Source of the DNA: Octopus sinensis
Lineage: Eukaryota
NCBI RefSeq assembly: GCF_006345805.1
Contig: NC_042999.1
Span: 3,534,001 to 3,598,000 of the forward strand
Length of the DNA stretch: 64,000 bases
Direction of reading: 5' to 3'
Positions 48,965 to 61,038 of this stretch are shown here, piece after piece (the first letter of the stretch is position 1; each line of letters opens with the position of its first letter). The notes under the pieces are model-generated. The model searched no databases. It was not told the origin of the DNA and worked only from the letters and a program-made list of their open reading frames with translations. The translations under genes and the position numbers were made by a program.

Positions 48965-49062
48965 GTTCAATATGGCTGGCATTAAATATTGACATAGAAA
49001 ACAATAAACAAAGACATCGAATCTCGCTTGGAAAACCAGCTCTGCTTCTACCAGATAAACAA
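48965..49062 (+). CDS. Candidate coding exon of an unidentified gene
   Basis: cctttatatttatgcag|; (G)SIWLALNIDIENNKQRHRISLGKPALLLPDKQ; ends at gtaaaa or reads on to VK* stop. Confidence 0.5.
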
Positions 49063-49744
49063 GTAAAATAATACAAACACAGATGATACTAATAATTATG
49101 ATGATGATGATGGAAATAATAGCAATGATGATATTGCTTTCTTTTACTTGCCACAAGGGCATCAGATCAGAGAGACATTAAAAGGGCAGTCGGCAATTTC
49201 TGTAAAGATGAGAGGAAGAAAGGGAGAGTGGGGGAAGCTGATGAGTTGAAAGTATACTTATCACACAAAGTATTATACAGCGTTCTTGGTAGAAGAGAAC
49301 CTCCAACCAGAGCAAATCAAGGAACCTCAGGCCCAGGATCATCCTGACTACCAAGGGAATATGCCCTTGCTTAATTGTTACTCCCCAATTCACAGACGCA
49401 TGTATAGGAAAGGTCTATGCACCTTAATCATTTTCACCAGTTACCCACCTTTAGGCAAAGCACATCCCTCTCCACCCTAACTATCCTTTCTGATAAAAAC
49501 TTAGAAAAGTTGGTGAGCGCTTGACTGAAGAGGTAGTCAACTTCATTCTCAATCCTTCCAGACTTCTTTCTTCATAGCCACTAGACAGAGGAATAACATC
49601 ACTTGCCCTTCTTTGTTCAAATGTTGTGTTGGGGTGATCGAAATGATACACTCTATGGATGGTTGGATTCATCCAATACACAACAACAGCTGTTGAGCAC
49701 AACTCCACAAACGTTGCTGTGCTCGAACACAGCACCTGTGTCTT

Positions 49745-49938
49745 TCATTCTTCTATTTGTTTCAACCATTTGACAGCAGCCATGCTGGAGCACTGCCTTT
49801 AGCCGAATAAATCAGCCCCAGGAATTATTCTTTGTAAACCTAGTACTTATTCCATTGGTCACTTTTGCTGAACTGCTACGTAATGGGGATGTAAACACAC
49901 CAACATCGGTTGTCAATGATGGTGTGGGTCAAACACAG

Positions 49939-49970
<32 letters not shown>

Positions 49971-50135
49971 CTACAATGGGCTTCTTTCAGTTTCCATCTA
50001 CCAAATCCACTCACAAGGCTTCGGTCAGCCCAAGGCTATAGTAGAAGACACTTGCCCAAGGTGCCACACAGTGGGACTGAACCTGGAACTATGTGGTTGG
50101 GAAGTAAGCTACTTACCACACAGCCATTCCTGTGC
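49745..50135 (-). mobile_element. SINE family A, full length
   Basis: Head and tail present. Confidence 0.88.
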
Positions 50136-50344
50136 ATGTGTGTACAGAACAGTTTCAAAGCTCTGCACACATGTTAGGGCAGACCCACCTCTAATGTTTT
50201 TTCTCAAACCAAAAGTGCCTTTCAGTAGAAGTGCCAAGCCTTGGCAGTCCCTTGCCTAAAAAACCCCCAAAACATGCCAGCTAGTTAGTTCTTGCTGGAA
50301 ACTAGATTTTCTTTTTCTGAGAATCTTTTCTACTCTAGTCAATC

Positions 50345-50830
50345 AATCAACCACAGTACGCAACTGGTACTTAATTTATCGACCCTGAAAGGATGAAAGG
50401 TAAAGTTGACCTTGGCGAAATTTGAACTCAGGATGTAAAGACAAACGAAATAACTGTTTCTTTATTACCCACAAGGGGCTAAACATAAAGGGGACAAACA
50501 AGGACAGACAAACGGATTAAGTCAATTACATCGACCACAGTGCATAACTGGTACTTAATTATCGACCCTGAAAGGATGAAAGGTAAAGTTGACCTTGGCG
50601 AAATTTGAACTCAGGATGTAAAGACAAACGAAATAACTGTTTCTTTATTACCCACAAGGGGCTAAACATAAAGGGGACAAACAAGGACAGACAAACGGAT
50701 TAAGTCAATTACATCGACCACAGTGCATAACTGGTACTTAATTTATCGACCCCGGCGGAATTTGAACTCAGAATGTAAAGACAGACGAAATACCGCTATG
50801 CATTTTGCCCAGCGTGCTAATGTTTCTGCC
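50345..50830 (-). mobile_element. SINE family B, multimeric (about 184-bp unit)
   Basis: ACTGGTACTTAAT at 50363, 50547 and 50730. Confidence 0.88.
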
Positions 50831-51529
50831 AACAACAACAATAATAATAATAATAATGGATAAATGAATAAGAAACATGCAGCATAACATCACATGTAAA
50901 ATCAGCTGTAAAACATCACACTGCCGCATGTTGAAAGCAGATCTATTTCTAGATCTTGCAACACTGACTGAGATTAGATGCAATTTGCCAATATTTCTTT
51001 TCTTTACCAAAAAAAAAAAAAAAATGTAAGTAAACCATTTTTCATGTGAATAATGTTGTCAATATAAAACAAGAAATAACAAGCAAAGACAAAATTCATT
51101 TTCGATTCTATTATTCTAGTCTTAGTCTTACATAAACATTATTTTAAACTTAACAAAATATACTAACATGATTATTTCATTTCTTTAATTCTTTTTTTTT
51201 ATTCCTGGCTTCAGAGAAATTTCTCTAAACTTTATTTATATTTACACACACACACATACCTATATTCTATTTTAATCTTTCAATTTGAACACCATTTTGT
51301 CGTTATTGTCAAATCTATTGTTTTGTTTTGATTTTTAAATTCAGCTAAAATATAATCCTCGTCATCATTTTAAGACCCACTTTTCTCTACTTCAACAGAA
51401 TTAATTCAGGCAGATTTTCTACAGTTGGATGCCATCCCTGTCACCAACCCTCACCTATTTCTAGACACATTTCCTCGGAGGACTGGAAATAAATGACACC
51501 AGTTGTAAGATGCTGAAACAATGTTTGCG

Positions 51530-51735
51530 AGCTGGCAGAAACGTTAGCAGGACAGGCAGAATGTTTATCGGTATTTCGTCTGTCTTTACATTCCAAGTTC
51601 AAATTCTGCCAAGGTCTTGCCTTTCATCCTCTTGGGGGTCGATAAATTAAGTACCAGTTGTGTATTGGGGTCAGTCTAATCAACTGGACCCCTCCCCCAA
51701 AATTTTGGGCCTTGTGCCTAGAGTAGAAAAGAATG
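51530..51735 (+). mobile_element. SINE family B monomer
   Basis: GAGCTGGCAGAAACGTTAGCA..GGGCCTTGTGCCTAGAGTAGAAAAG. Confidence 0.85.
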
Positions 51736-51797
51736 TCAAGGCAAATAAACAGAAATACACACATATATGCAGGTATGTGTATGTATGTGTGTGTGTA

Positions 51798-52013
51798 TAC
51801 GAAGGGGTGTCGAAAAGTTCCAGGTTTTAAGGGTCTCACGAAAGGCCTGGTTGGAGACCCAACCTTCTGAGTTCTTTTACAGAGCATACTGAAGGACCAC
51901 TGCAATAAGTGTGTGAATCTGAGAGGGGGAGTATGTTGGATAAAATCATAATTAATTGATCTTCTTGTATTTTCATTTACCCAAAGCCAGGAACTTTTCA
52001 GTACCAACTTGTA
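51798..52013. mobile_element. Mariner-derived MITE
   Basis: TIRs TACGAAGGGGTGTCGAAAAGTTCCAGG / CCAGGAACTTTTCAGTACCAACTTGTA. Confidence 0.75.
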
Positions 52014-52049
52014 CATATATATATATTCTTGAAGAGAGCTATTGAGTCA

Positions 52050-52405
52050 GGTACGTCAACACCAACATCAAAATAAAAATCAAATGGAAATTGTAGTTAA
52101 GATACCCGCGCCAATGACACGTAAAAGGCACTGTTTGAACGTGGCAGATAACAGCGCCGCCTGACTGGCATCCGTGTTGGTGACATGTAAAAGCACCAAC
52201 CAATCATGGCCGTTTGCCAGCCTTCCTTGGCACATGAAAAGCACCCACTACACACACAGAGTGATTGGTGATAGGAAGGGCACCCAGCTGTAGAAACACT
52301 GCCAGATCAGACTGGAGCCTGGTGCAACCTCCTGGCTTCCCAGACCCCGGTCGAACCGTCAAACCCATGCTAGCATGGGAAACGGACGTTAAACGATGAT
52401 CATGA
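52050..52405 (+). mobile_element. RTE 3' region
   Basis: Ends GGACGTTAAACGATGATCATG. Confidence 0.85.
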
Positions 52406-53171
52406 CACATATGCTGTGCAATGATTTTTCATATATTTCTATATATTAAGTAATAGAGTGTGTATATTATTATTCATACTAGAGAGCTATCACATGACAA
52501 GAAATTTAGAATTACATTTGAACTAACACTGCTAATATCAGGAAATATGGTATACACACAATAGTAATAAATATAACTTTTTTGGTACTTATACAGAATG
52601 GTAAAGTGAATACTAATTTTCCAAAGAAAAATATCACCTTCAAATAAAATTAAATAAAATAAAATTTCTCATTTGCATATTTTCAATAAATATACATTAT
52701 GGTTTTTCCAAATTTTATGAATGTAAACACAATCTACTCCATCAAAAACCTATCTCTGTAAAGTTTTATTAAAAAGTGTGTATTTCTCAAGTAAGTTATC
52801 ATTGCCTGTCACCAAACCTTATATGTGCTCTTATTCTGCATCTCTCATATTAACTCACTCTCCCTTTATACCTCTGTTACTATCTACTGCCTCTCTTTAA
52901 ACAATGTGAAGCATACCTGGAGAAATCAACAAACTGACCAGCTGACCTTTATATCAGAGATTTTTATGCAGAGGTAATATTCCAGCCTCAAAACAGCCAA
53001 TTCATGTTACCAAATACTTTCATTCTGATAACTGTCAAGAAGTGGAGGTGTAAATTAGCAATCATTGGACATGGCTAAATCAAAACCATTCCACAACATT
53101 AATTGACTGTTATAGTCTATGATATATAAATAATAATTTCAATAATCAAGGATTCTCCAAAACTGACATAC

Positions 53172-53235
53172 CATTAACAAAAAGGACAGGCTTATTATAC
53201 AGAGATGAACAGATAGTCATGGACATGTGTTTCTG
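53172..53235 (-). CDS. Candidate 64-nt exon
   Basis: ttgtctattgcag|..|gtatgt; QKHMSMTICSSLYNKPVLFVN(G). Confidence 0.2.
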
Positions 53236-53344
53236 CTGCAATAGACAACATCAGTGTGACAATTGTCCTACCTTACCTCGAGCAGCTAAGGGACATAAAC
53301 ATATATAAAGTGAGTAGAACATATTTCCAGCCAAGGTAGCTTGC

Positions 53345-53610
53345 ATTATCATCATTTGATGTCTATTTTCCATGCTGGCCTGGGCTGGACAGTTCGACAT
53401 GATATGGCAAGTTGGAGGGTTGCCTCAGGTTCCAGTTGACAGTTTTGGATGGTTTCTACAGCTGGATGCTCTTCCTTAAGCTAAGCACTTTACAGAGTGT
53501 ACAAGCTGCATTTTTACATTGTACCAGCACAGGTGCTTTTATGCAGCACCAGATTGAATGCTTTTTTTGTGGCACCAGCACATGTGCTCTTAACATGGTA
53601 CCAGCATGAG
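53345..53610 (-). mobile_element. Diverged RTE 3' end
   Basis: TTCCATGCTGGCCTGGG..CTACAGCTGGATGCTCTTCC. Confidence 0.72.
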
Positions 53611-53619
53611 TGCTTTATA

Positions 53620-54691
53620 CCAGGTCATTAAGTATGAAATGTCCAATTTTCTTTTGCACCAATTTTGACAGTCGTTAACTCTAATATTTTATCCTGACAA
53701 TTCTTTGTTTTACAACATTGAAAAGTTACATTATCACTTTTCGAAATGCAATTCATTGTGTCTGATTATATTGTGAGTTTTCTCTTATAAATCAATTTTT
53801 GTGAACCTATAGATGGATAAAAAATTTGTGTTGTTTATGAATATGAATTCTGTTGTGGAACCAATGCACCCCAGACAGCTCGAAACATCAATGAGGGGTT
53901 TGGTGAAGATGTGGTGAAGGAGCACACTGTATGCCAATGGTCTGAGAAGTTCAAGTCTGGTGACTTTACTCTTGAAAATCAACCTTGTGGTAGACCTGAG
54001 ACCAAGGTGGATAGTGATGGGCTGGAAACTGTAGTGGAAGTGGATACATCTCAAACCAAATGTGAGTTAGCAGGAAGGTTTGATGTTACGATTCAAACTG
54101 TATTGGACCATCTGAGAGTAAGGTAAAGAGGCTGGACAAGTGGGTACCACACAAACTGAACAAGCATCAAATGACATGTCGTCTTGAAACTTGCTGTCAT
54201 GGCATAAAAGCGAACCATTTTTGTATCATATTGTTACATGTGATGAAAAATGGATTCTTTTCAACAATAGCAAGCATTCTGTATGGTGGTTGGATACAGA
54301 CGAAGTGCCAAAACACAATCCCAAAAAGAATATTCACCAAAGAAAGCTAATGGTGTCATCTACTACAACTTCACGAAACCCAGTAAGTCAATTACAGTGG
54401 ACGTATACATCAACCAATTGGATGAAATGATGAGTGAACTTGCAATTAAACAACCGAGAATGGTCAATTGAGACAGGCCAATTCTCTTGCAAGACAATAC
54501 TCGACTACATGTTGCACAAGGAACGCTACAGGAACTGAAATTTGCTGCCGGCATAAATAAGCTTCCGATAAAATGGCAAAATTGTGTTGGTAATTTAGGT
54601 GCATACTTTGATTAACTGCATTGGTTTTTGTTGAGATAAAGTAAAAAAAACTTTCAGTTCAAAATTGGACACTTCATTCTTAATGACCTGA
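53620..54691 (+). mobile_element. Decayed mariner transposon with both TIRs
   Basis: TA-CCAGGTCATTAAGTATGAAATGTCCAATTT / AAATTGGACACTTCATTCTTAATGACCTGA-TA; translations include WVPHKL, HIVTCDEKWILFNN and LLQDNTRLHV. Confidence 0.93.
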
Positions 54692-55109
54692 TATGTGGGG
54701 CCAGTATCCATGGGGTCACTAAGTGGCAAGCAAGACAAAGACATCTGAGCAGAGAGAGGGAGAGGAACAGGCAAGGTGTTAGAATATGGTAGGTTAGGGA
54801 TAAGTGTCTTACTACAGAGGAGATACTTGGCTACCCCAGGAGGACAACAAAGTGAATGAAGAGAAAGAGAAAGACTGTTAGAGTGAGAGAGAGTTGCATT
54901 ACTACAGAGGACTGCATATGTTAAACAAAAATGAACTAAGGGAAGTAACTCAGAGTGGCCAATGTCATCTACAGAAACCTATAAGCAACAGACAAATACA
55001 GGTTGTATCAAATACCCATTAACTTATATACTGTATAACGTGTGTTACAATTTTAGGAAAGTAATGTGTGGAAGAGAATGAACTACAAAAGCTGTATGCT
55101 GTTGGCTAT

Positions 55110-55520
55110 AGGCGCAGGAGTGGCTGTGTGGTAAGTAGCTTGCTAACCAGCCACATAGTTCCGGGTTCAGTCCCACTGCGTGGCATCTTGGGCAAGTATC
55201 TTCTGCTATAGCTCCAGGCCGACCAATGCCTTGTGAGTGGATTTGGTAGACGGAAACTGAAAGAAGCCTGTCGTATATATGTATATATATATGTGTATGT
55301 GTGTGTGTTTGTGTATGTGTGTTTGTCCCCCTAGCATTGCTTGACAACCGATGCTGGTGTGTTTCTGTCCTCGTCACTTAGCGGTTCGGCAAAAGAGACC
55401 GATAGAATAAGTACTGGGCTTACAAAGAATAAGTCCCGGGGTCGATTTGCTCGACTAAAGGTGGTGCTCCAGCATGGCCGCAGTCAAATGACTGAAACAA
55501 GTAAAAGAGTAAAAGAGAAT
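55110..55520 (+). mobile_element. SINE family A, full length
   Basis: Complete head and tail ..AAGTAAAAGAGTAAAAGAG. Confidence 0.9.
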
Positions 55521-56650
55521 GTATGACATGCCTGGCAGAAATATTTCTTGGATGGAATATAAACTTGCAATTCCTGATATTTTTTTTTTTTTTTATGTTC
55601 TTTATCAGAGCCAATATACCAATTATTATTGGTACCAGTTTTGCTGTTAAACCACATTTCCATTTCAAGGTATTTGCACTGGGATTGATTTTCTCTTTTT
55701 TTACTCCCTTTCATGCAATTCTTTGATCGAGAAGAAATGGAAATGTCTATCAGACTGCAATAGATTTTTTTCTTTCTTTCGATGAGTTTATTTGGGGAGG
55801 TTTACTTTGATCTCTGTGTCAGTCTGGACAGACATATGTCAGGTTATCATAGTGTTGTCATTGGCACTTACCATGTTTATGCCATTTATTCTCAGATTTC
55901 ATATTGCCATGTCAGCAAATTGATGGCAGAGTCTGCAGTTGATGTTAACCTCTTATTTCATTATTTTTTTTTTTTGTGTATGTACATTTTTTTCATGTAT
56001 AGTTATTGATTTTGTGCAGCTAAAACCAAAACCTTTCATTTTTGCTTTTAGTCCAAAGCTTTTGAATCATTGTTGGCTTTTATGCTTACTTATTTCCTTT
56101 TTGTCAAGTCTTGCAGGATGTTGATGCTGGAAATGTTTTTCTCCGTTTCCTTTTTTTCATTAGGTTTTTTTCTTCTTTTTTTTTTTTAGAATCCTACTTA
56201 ATTTTTTACCTGTTGCTTTTGTTTCCTGGCTTTTCATTTTATCTTTATTTAAATCTTTTTCCTTTTTGTAATTAGATTCTAGTTTATATTTTATTGTTTC
56301 CTTAAAGGCAAAGAATCCGTCATTTCTTTTTTGGTTTAACTTTATATTTCTTTTATCAACTTTTTAACAGCAACCAACCAACCAACCTGAGACTGCCCCT
56401 GGTTCTACGTTACAAACTTCTCGTTTAAAGTGATTGAAATTAAGAAACTTTCCTTTAGAGTTTCATGTTTTGATAAAGGTAAAGTCATTTTATTCAATTC
56501 GTTACTTTTGACCAAATTTCACACACAGATGATCGGGATAACCCAAAACTATAATAAAGATACTTGCCAAGATATGATTTGAAATGTCAGAATTTTGTAT
56601 TCTTCACAATAAAATTTATTTGTACCTACAGACTCCTGAATTTTTAGTTT

Positions 56651-56694
<44 letters not shown>

Positions 56695-56697
<3 letters not shown>

Positions 56698-56856
56698 GTT
56701 AATCCAAACATGAACAAAGAGAAAACACAACGCGAGGACATGGAACAAGTATAGTGTTATTGGACGCTCAGGAAAGGGAAAAAAGGAGGATTTAACATTT
56801 CAAGCGGAGCTCTTCGCCAGAAACATAGGAAAAGGAAAGTTCCAAGTAAGGGAGGA

Positions 56857-56860
<4 letters not shown>
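56695..56860 (-). mobile_element. Short Penelope/retrozyme-like element
   Basis: Aligns with 61845-62040; flanked by (TA)n. Confidence 0.65.
56791..56823 (-). ncRNA. Minimal hammerhead-like motif
   Basis: Reverse complement: TTT-CTGGCGA-A-GAGC-TCC-GCTT-GAAAT-GT-T-AAA. Confidence 0.5.
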
Positions 56861-56880
<20 letters not shown>

Positions 56881-56887
<7 letters not shown>

Positions 56888-57433
56888 TAATAAAAGGAAT
56901 TCCAACCTTGTCTGATTTTCACGTTTTATTTACAATCTTATAATGATATAATATAAGATAATATAATATAATAAAATAAAATAAAATCAAAGAATGTTAA
57001 ATGTTCATTCTGATTGAACCTAGTTCAATATTATCGTATATTATATCATTACAAGATTGTAAATAAAATGTGAAAATCAGACAAGGTTGGAATTCCTTTT
57101 ATTAATATATTCTTCTATACACAATCACACACACCCGTATATATATTTATATATATATATATTATATATATATATATTAATAAAAGGAATTCCAACCTTG
57201 TCTGATTTTCACGTTTTATTTACAATCTTATAATGATATAATATAAGATAATATAATATAATAAAATAAAATAAAATCAAAGAATGTTAAATGTTCATTC
57301 TGATTGAACCTAGTTCAATATTATCGTATATTATATCATTACAAGATTGTAAATAAAATGTGAAAATCAGACAAGGTTGGAATTCCTTTTATTAATATAT
57401 TCTTCTATACACAATCACACACACCCGTATATA

Positions 57434-57460
<27 letters not shown>
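56881..57460. repeat. 290-bp direct tandem duplication of a MITE with about 58-bp TIRs
   Basis: 56881-57170 repeats at 57171-57460. Each unit has ATATTAATAAAAGGAATTCCAACCTTGTCTGATTTTCAC and its reverse complement. Confidence 0.92.
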
Positions 57461-57480
<20 letters not shown>

Positions 57481-57491
57481 CCATATATTAG

Positions 57492-57625
57492 AAGCTTCTT
57501 TCAGCTTCTACCTATCAAATTCACTCACAAAGTTTTGGTTAGCTGGAGTCTATTGCAGAAGACACTTGTCCAAGGTGCCATACAGTGAGACTGAACCCAA
57601 AATCACATGGCTAGGAAGTGAACGT
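57492..57625 (-). mobile_element. SINE family A head, diverged
   Basis: GCTTCTTTCAGCTTCTACC..GAAGACACTTGTCCAAGG. Confidence 0.78.
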
Positions 57626-57656
57626 TATAGAAGTTGTGTGTGTGTGTTTGTGTCCT

Positions 57657-57812
57657 AATGCTAACCACTCCGAGAGTGTAGTGGGTGCTTTTTACGTGCC
57701 ACTGGCATGAGGGCCAGTCAGGTGGTACTGGCTTCAGCCACGCTTGACTGGTGCTTTTTATGTGCCACCAGCACAGGAGCCAGTCAGGCGGCACTGGCAA
57801 TGACCACGCTCA
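57657..57812 (-). mobile_element. RTE 3'-UTR fragment
   Basis: AACCACTCCGAGAGTGTAGTGGGTGCTTTTTACGTGCC. Confidence 0.82.
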
Positions 57813-57900
57813 AATGGAGCATATTTCAACAAGGTTAATTTCTAATTTACTGATAACACTGCTATAATCAGTTTCTGAACGTTTTTTTATTTTCTGAAAG

Positions 57901-58017
57901 CTTGTCTGCAGTGGTCTCACAAAGCTCCAAATGAAATTCTTCATGAGAAGTGCGTGAGGGCGGCCATGTCTCAACCTCGTGTGTACTGGCACATCCGTAG
58001 CGCTGCTTCTATGATAT
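57901..58017 (+). CDS. Candidate 117-nt coding exon
   Basis: gtttttttattttctgaaag|117 nt|gtatta; (x)CLQWSHKAPNEILHEKCVRAAMSQPRVYWHIRSAASMI; the other two + frames are closed. May instead belong to the adjacent Penelope fragment. Confidence 0.4.
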
Positions 58018-58128
58018 GTATTATACATGCAGTTTCCTTATATTTTCCTCTCTTTCTTTCTTTGTTTTTTTTTATAAATAATACATGAGCATGTTATCAA
58101 AAATGAACCTACACGCATCCAGATGTAG

Positions 58129-58312
58129 CTAAATAATATATCGATTGCCAACCTCCAGCCTGTTGTTAATTTGGGGCGCTAGTCTGTCTATGAGGATAGC
58201 TTCCTTACTTCTTAGATTACCCAAATTTCTTTCACTGGTCTCAATTGTGACTGTTATATTTTTGTCGGTGTTCCGGCATCTGTCTAGATGTTTTCTGAAG
58301 GAGGAGGCTCTC
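58129..58312 (-). mobile_element. Penelope-like element fragment, GIY-YIG endonuclease C-terminus
   Basis: My translation: SSFRKHLDRCRNTDKNITVTIETSERNLGNLRSKEAILIDRLAPQINNRLE..*, matching the H..(K/L)EA..I....P.(I/L)N pattern of PLE endonucleases. Confidence 0.7.
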
Positions 58313-59477
58313 TTTCACACACACACACACACACATGCATGATCTTTGCATGATACAAGCTTATGAGGAGTAGAGGATTTCTATGTGGTTGCTTGGTCTG
58401 CTAGGAAAAACAACCAAATCTCTTCAATTCATTTACTCTCTTAAAAATAAAACACACTTTAGATTTTTTTTTCTTTCTGGGTGCACTGTACCCAGAAAAC
58501 AACAGGATGATTATGTTTAGAAAGCCTTAGATCAAAGGTATGCTTGAATATAGCTAACACAGAGCTAAAGTACAACAATATCTTGCGTGATATTCGTAAA
58601 TATTACACACTGACACACAGACAGACTCAACTTCATAAGCTGCTGCTATTTGTTGATTTTATTGAATAATTATTGATTGGATTCCTATTCTTGGATGCAG
58701 GAACCATAAACTTAAATTGTGCCACCAAAAATTTTTCTTTGGTTGGTAACTTTCCTTTTATAATTAATTTCATGCTTCCATAAACTTGCTTAAAAAATTT
58801 TAATTAGGAATGTAGAACAATGAAACAATGACAAGAGGAGATAAAAAGAAAAAGGAAGAATTGACCACGGCAAAGATCAATGAACAGGGATCCGAAAGAC
58901 AGAAGGATTGATCATTACATAATCAATGAACATGAACCAATTGAAAATACTTTGAAATAAACTAACAACCAGGAAATAATTGCCATATACAACCAAACCT
59001 CTTAAAGAACTATGAAATCAAAGTGTTAAGTCATGGTGTATAGAAAGATAAACTTGTTACCAATTCAATGTGCTTGAACCATATTTGAATCTGTATGGAA
59101 GCCATTTACTGTATTTTATCACAGAAAATTTCTTGCAGTAGACAAATAGCTATAGATACACCAAATCAGTTCAAAGCATGCACTAGCCAGACTGATGGAT
59201 GCATGCATTTTAGAGGTGTTATCTGTTCTTCAGCACCAGACACTGGAAGTGGAATGAATGTCAGACTGACTTGAAATAGATACTGTGACTGGTTCCACTA
59301 ATCAGTAAACCTGCCATAATACAGTTTTTAAATGAAAATTGTTCGTGGTTATTAAATACAGAATAATTAGAAAATGTGAGACCACCTTATCACAAAATTG
59401 ACTGTTAGAGTTCATTGTAGCACCGGCGGTTGTTCTGTTGGGGAGTTTAATATCCAACTTTCATAGTATTGAGAAAA

Positions 59478-59777
59478 AAAACATTTGAGCGAGGTTGTCA
59501 CCAGTGCTGGACTGGCTCTTGTGTAGGTGGCACATAAAAAACACCATTTGAGTGTGAATGTTGCCAGTACCACCTAACTGGCCCTCGTACCGGTGGCACG
59601 TAAAAGCACCCACTACACTCTCGGAGTGGTTGGTGTTAGGTAGGGCATCAAGCTGTAGAAACTCTGCCAGATCAAGATTGGAGCCTGGTGCAGCCATCTG
59701 GTTTGACAGCCCTCAGTCAAACCGTCCAACCCATACCAGCATGGAAAGCGGACGTTAAACGATGATGATGATGATGA
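59478..59777 (+). mobile_element. RTE 3' region
   Basis: Ends GGACGTTAAACGATGATGATG. Confidence 0.87.
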
Positions 59778-60573
59778 CTAAAACTTTTATTTGTTGGGAA
59801 AATCTACAAAAATTACTTTCAAGTACTTTGGTATTTAGTTACACCCCAGTTGATCTGATTGGTTGAATCACATTCACATTAGCGACACAGTTAATTTCTC
59901 ATAGCTGGCCTTTGCCTTTTATGAACTTGTAGTTAGGGTGTTGTCCTAAAATGGAGTATTTGAGTGAGATGGTTCAAAACTCGGCAGAAGCCTCGTTACT
60001 TGAGAAGTCAGCAAAATTCATAAAAATAAATGTAAATAAAACAAGTTGACACAAATTCAGAGAAAACTGAAAAGATTTATCTTTACTCTCTGTGAAATAA
60101 GGAGAGTTGTATTATGAAAATATTTCTCAAATAGTAAGAAAATATATTTATCACGAGAAAGGAAAAGATCCTTGAAGGAAAATGAATATTTAAACAGCTG
60201 ATTCTTGTAAAGACATAGAGGATATGAAACTGCTTTGAAAACGATGAATGCTTTTCTCCTCAGAATTGTGTATCTGAGAAACAAACATTAAAATATAATG
60301 TAAGACATGAAAATAAGTATCCTCTGTAGAAGGTATATCAATGACAATAAAGATATTATTATATGGAGAAGTGTATCAGATTATGATATACATGATAAAG
60401 ATGCAAAATGGTTAAAAAACAAAAGGAGAAAGAGACGGAAAGATATGTAAAGAGAGACGTAAAAGAGGAAAACAACTCTATAAACAAATACGACACAATG
60501 AAATCTGTGGGCGCTCGAAAGGCTTCTGGTAAACCTTCACAAGTTCTAGTTAATGTACTTAATCAGTATGCAT

Positions 60574-60587
60574 GTAGCTATAGCAAC
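60574..60587. promoter_or_regulatory. X-box-like motif in a CpG-retaining unique patch
   Basis: GTAGCTATAGCAAC; not obviously inside a repeat. Confidence 0.3.
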
Positions 60588-61038
60588 GGTATTTAATGAA
60601 TTACTAAATAGACCAAACTCAACAACAAACTGGTTACCAAAGAAAGCAAGGAATATTAATTCCTGAAAAACAAAAAAAATCACCAGAAGCAACTGTAGAT
60701 GTAACCCTGATATCTATGCTCGCTTTCTAACTGTTTGGCTGTTGATCTGAAAAATAATATTTTTGCCTCGAGGATTAAAAAAGAATGTTGGAAAGACATG
60801 TGCAGATGTGAAGAACATCCATTGGTAGGTTGAGCAGTTATTGAAGACAGCGGAGAAAGAAAGAGAATTCAAACTATGACATCAAGCTGATTCCTCAAAA
60901 GCCTTTTGACAACAGATCACATTTCTGAATACTGGAAACACCATCAACAAACAAAGCAGTTGCAATGTTACAACAGCATATAAACAATACCACATTAAAA
61001 TGGGAAGCATTAATAACACCAAAATATAAAGAAGAAAG

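Noticed and set aside
55484-55714. ORF ending KYFCQACHT, suggestive of a zinc finger
   Set aside because: Only one CxxC, which runs into a SINE; neighbouring frames are broken at homopolymers. More likely T-rich non-coding DNA read antisense.
58800-59100. Lys/Glu-rich frame MTRGDKKKKEEL..
   Set aside because: Multiple stops; probably an ancient LINE remnant (as at 18500-19000, 29050-29430 and 49200-49740), too decayed to classify.
60408-60596. Lys/Glu-rich ORF MVKKQKEKETER..
   Set aside because: Explained by GA-rich low-complexity sequence; no compatible downstream exon found.
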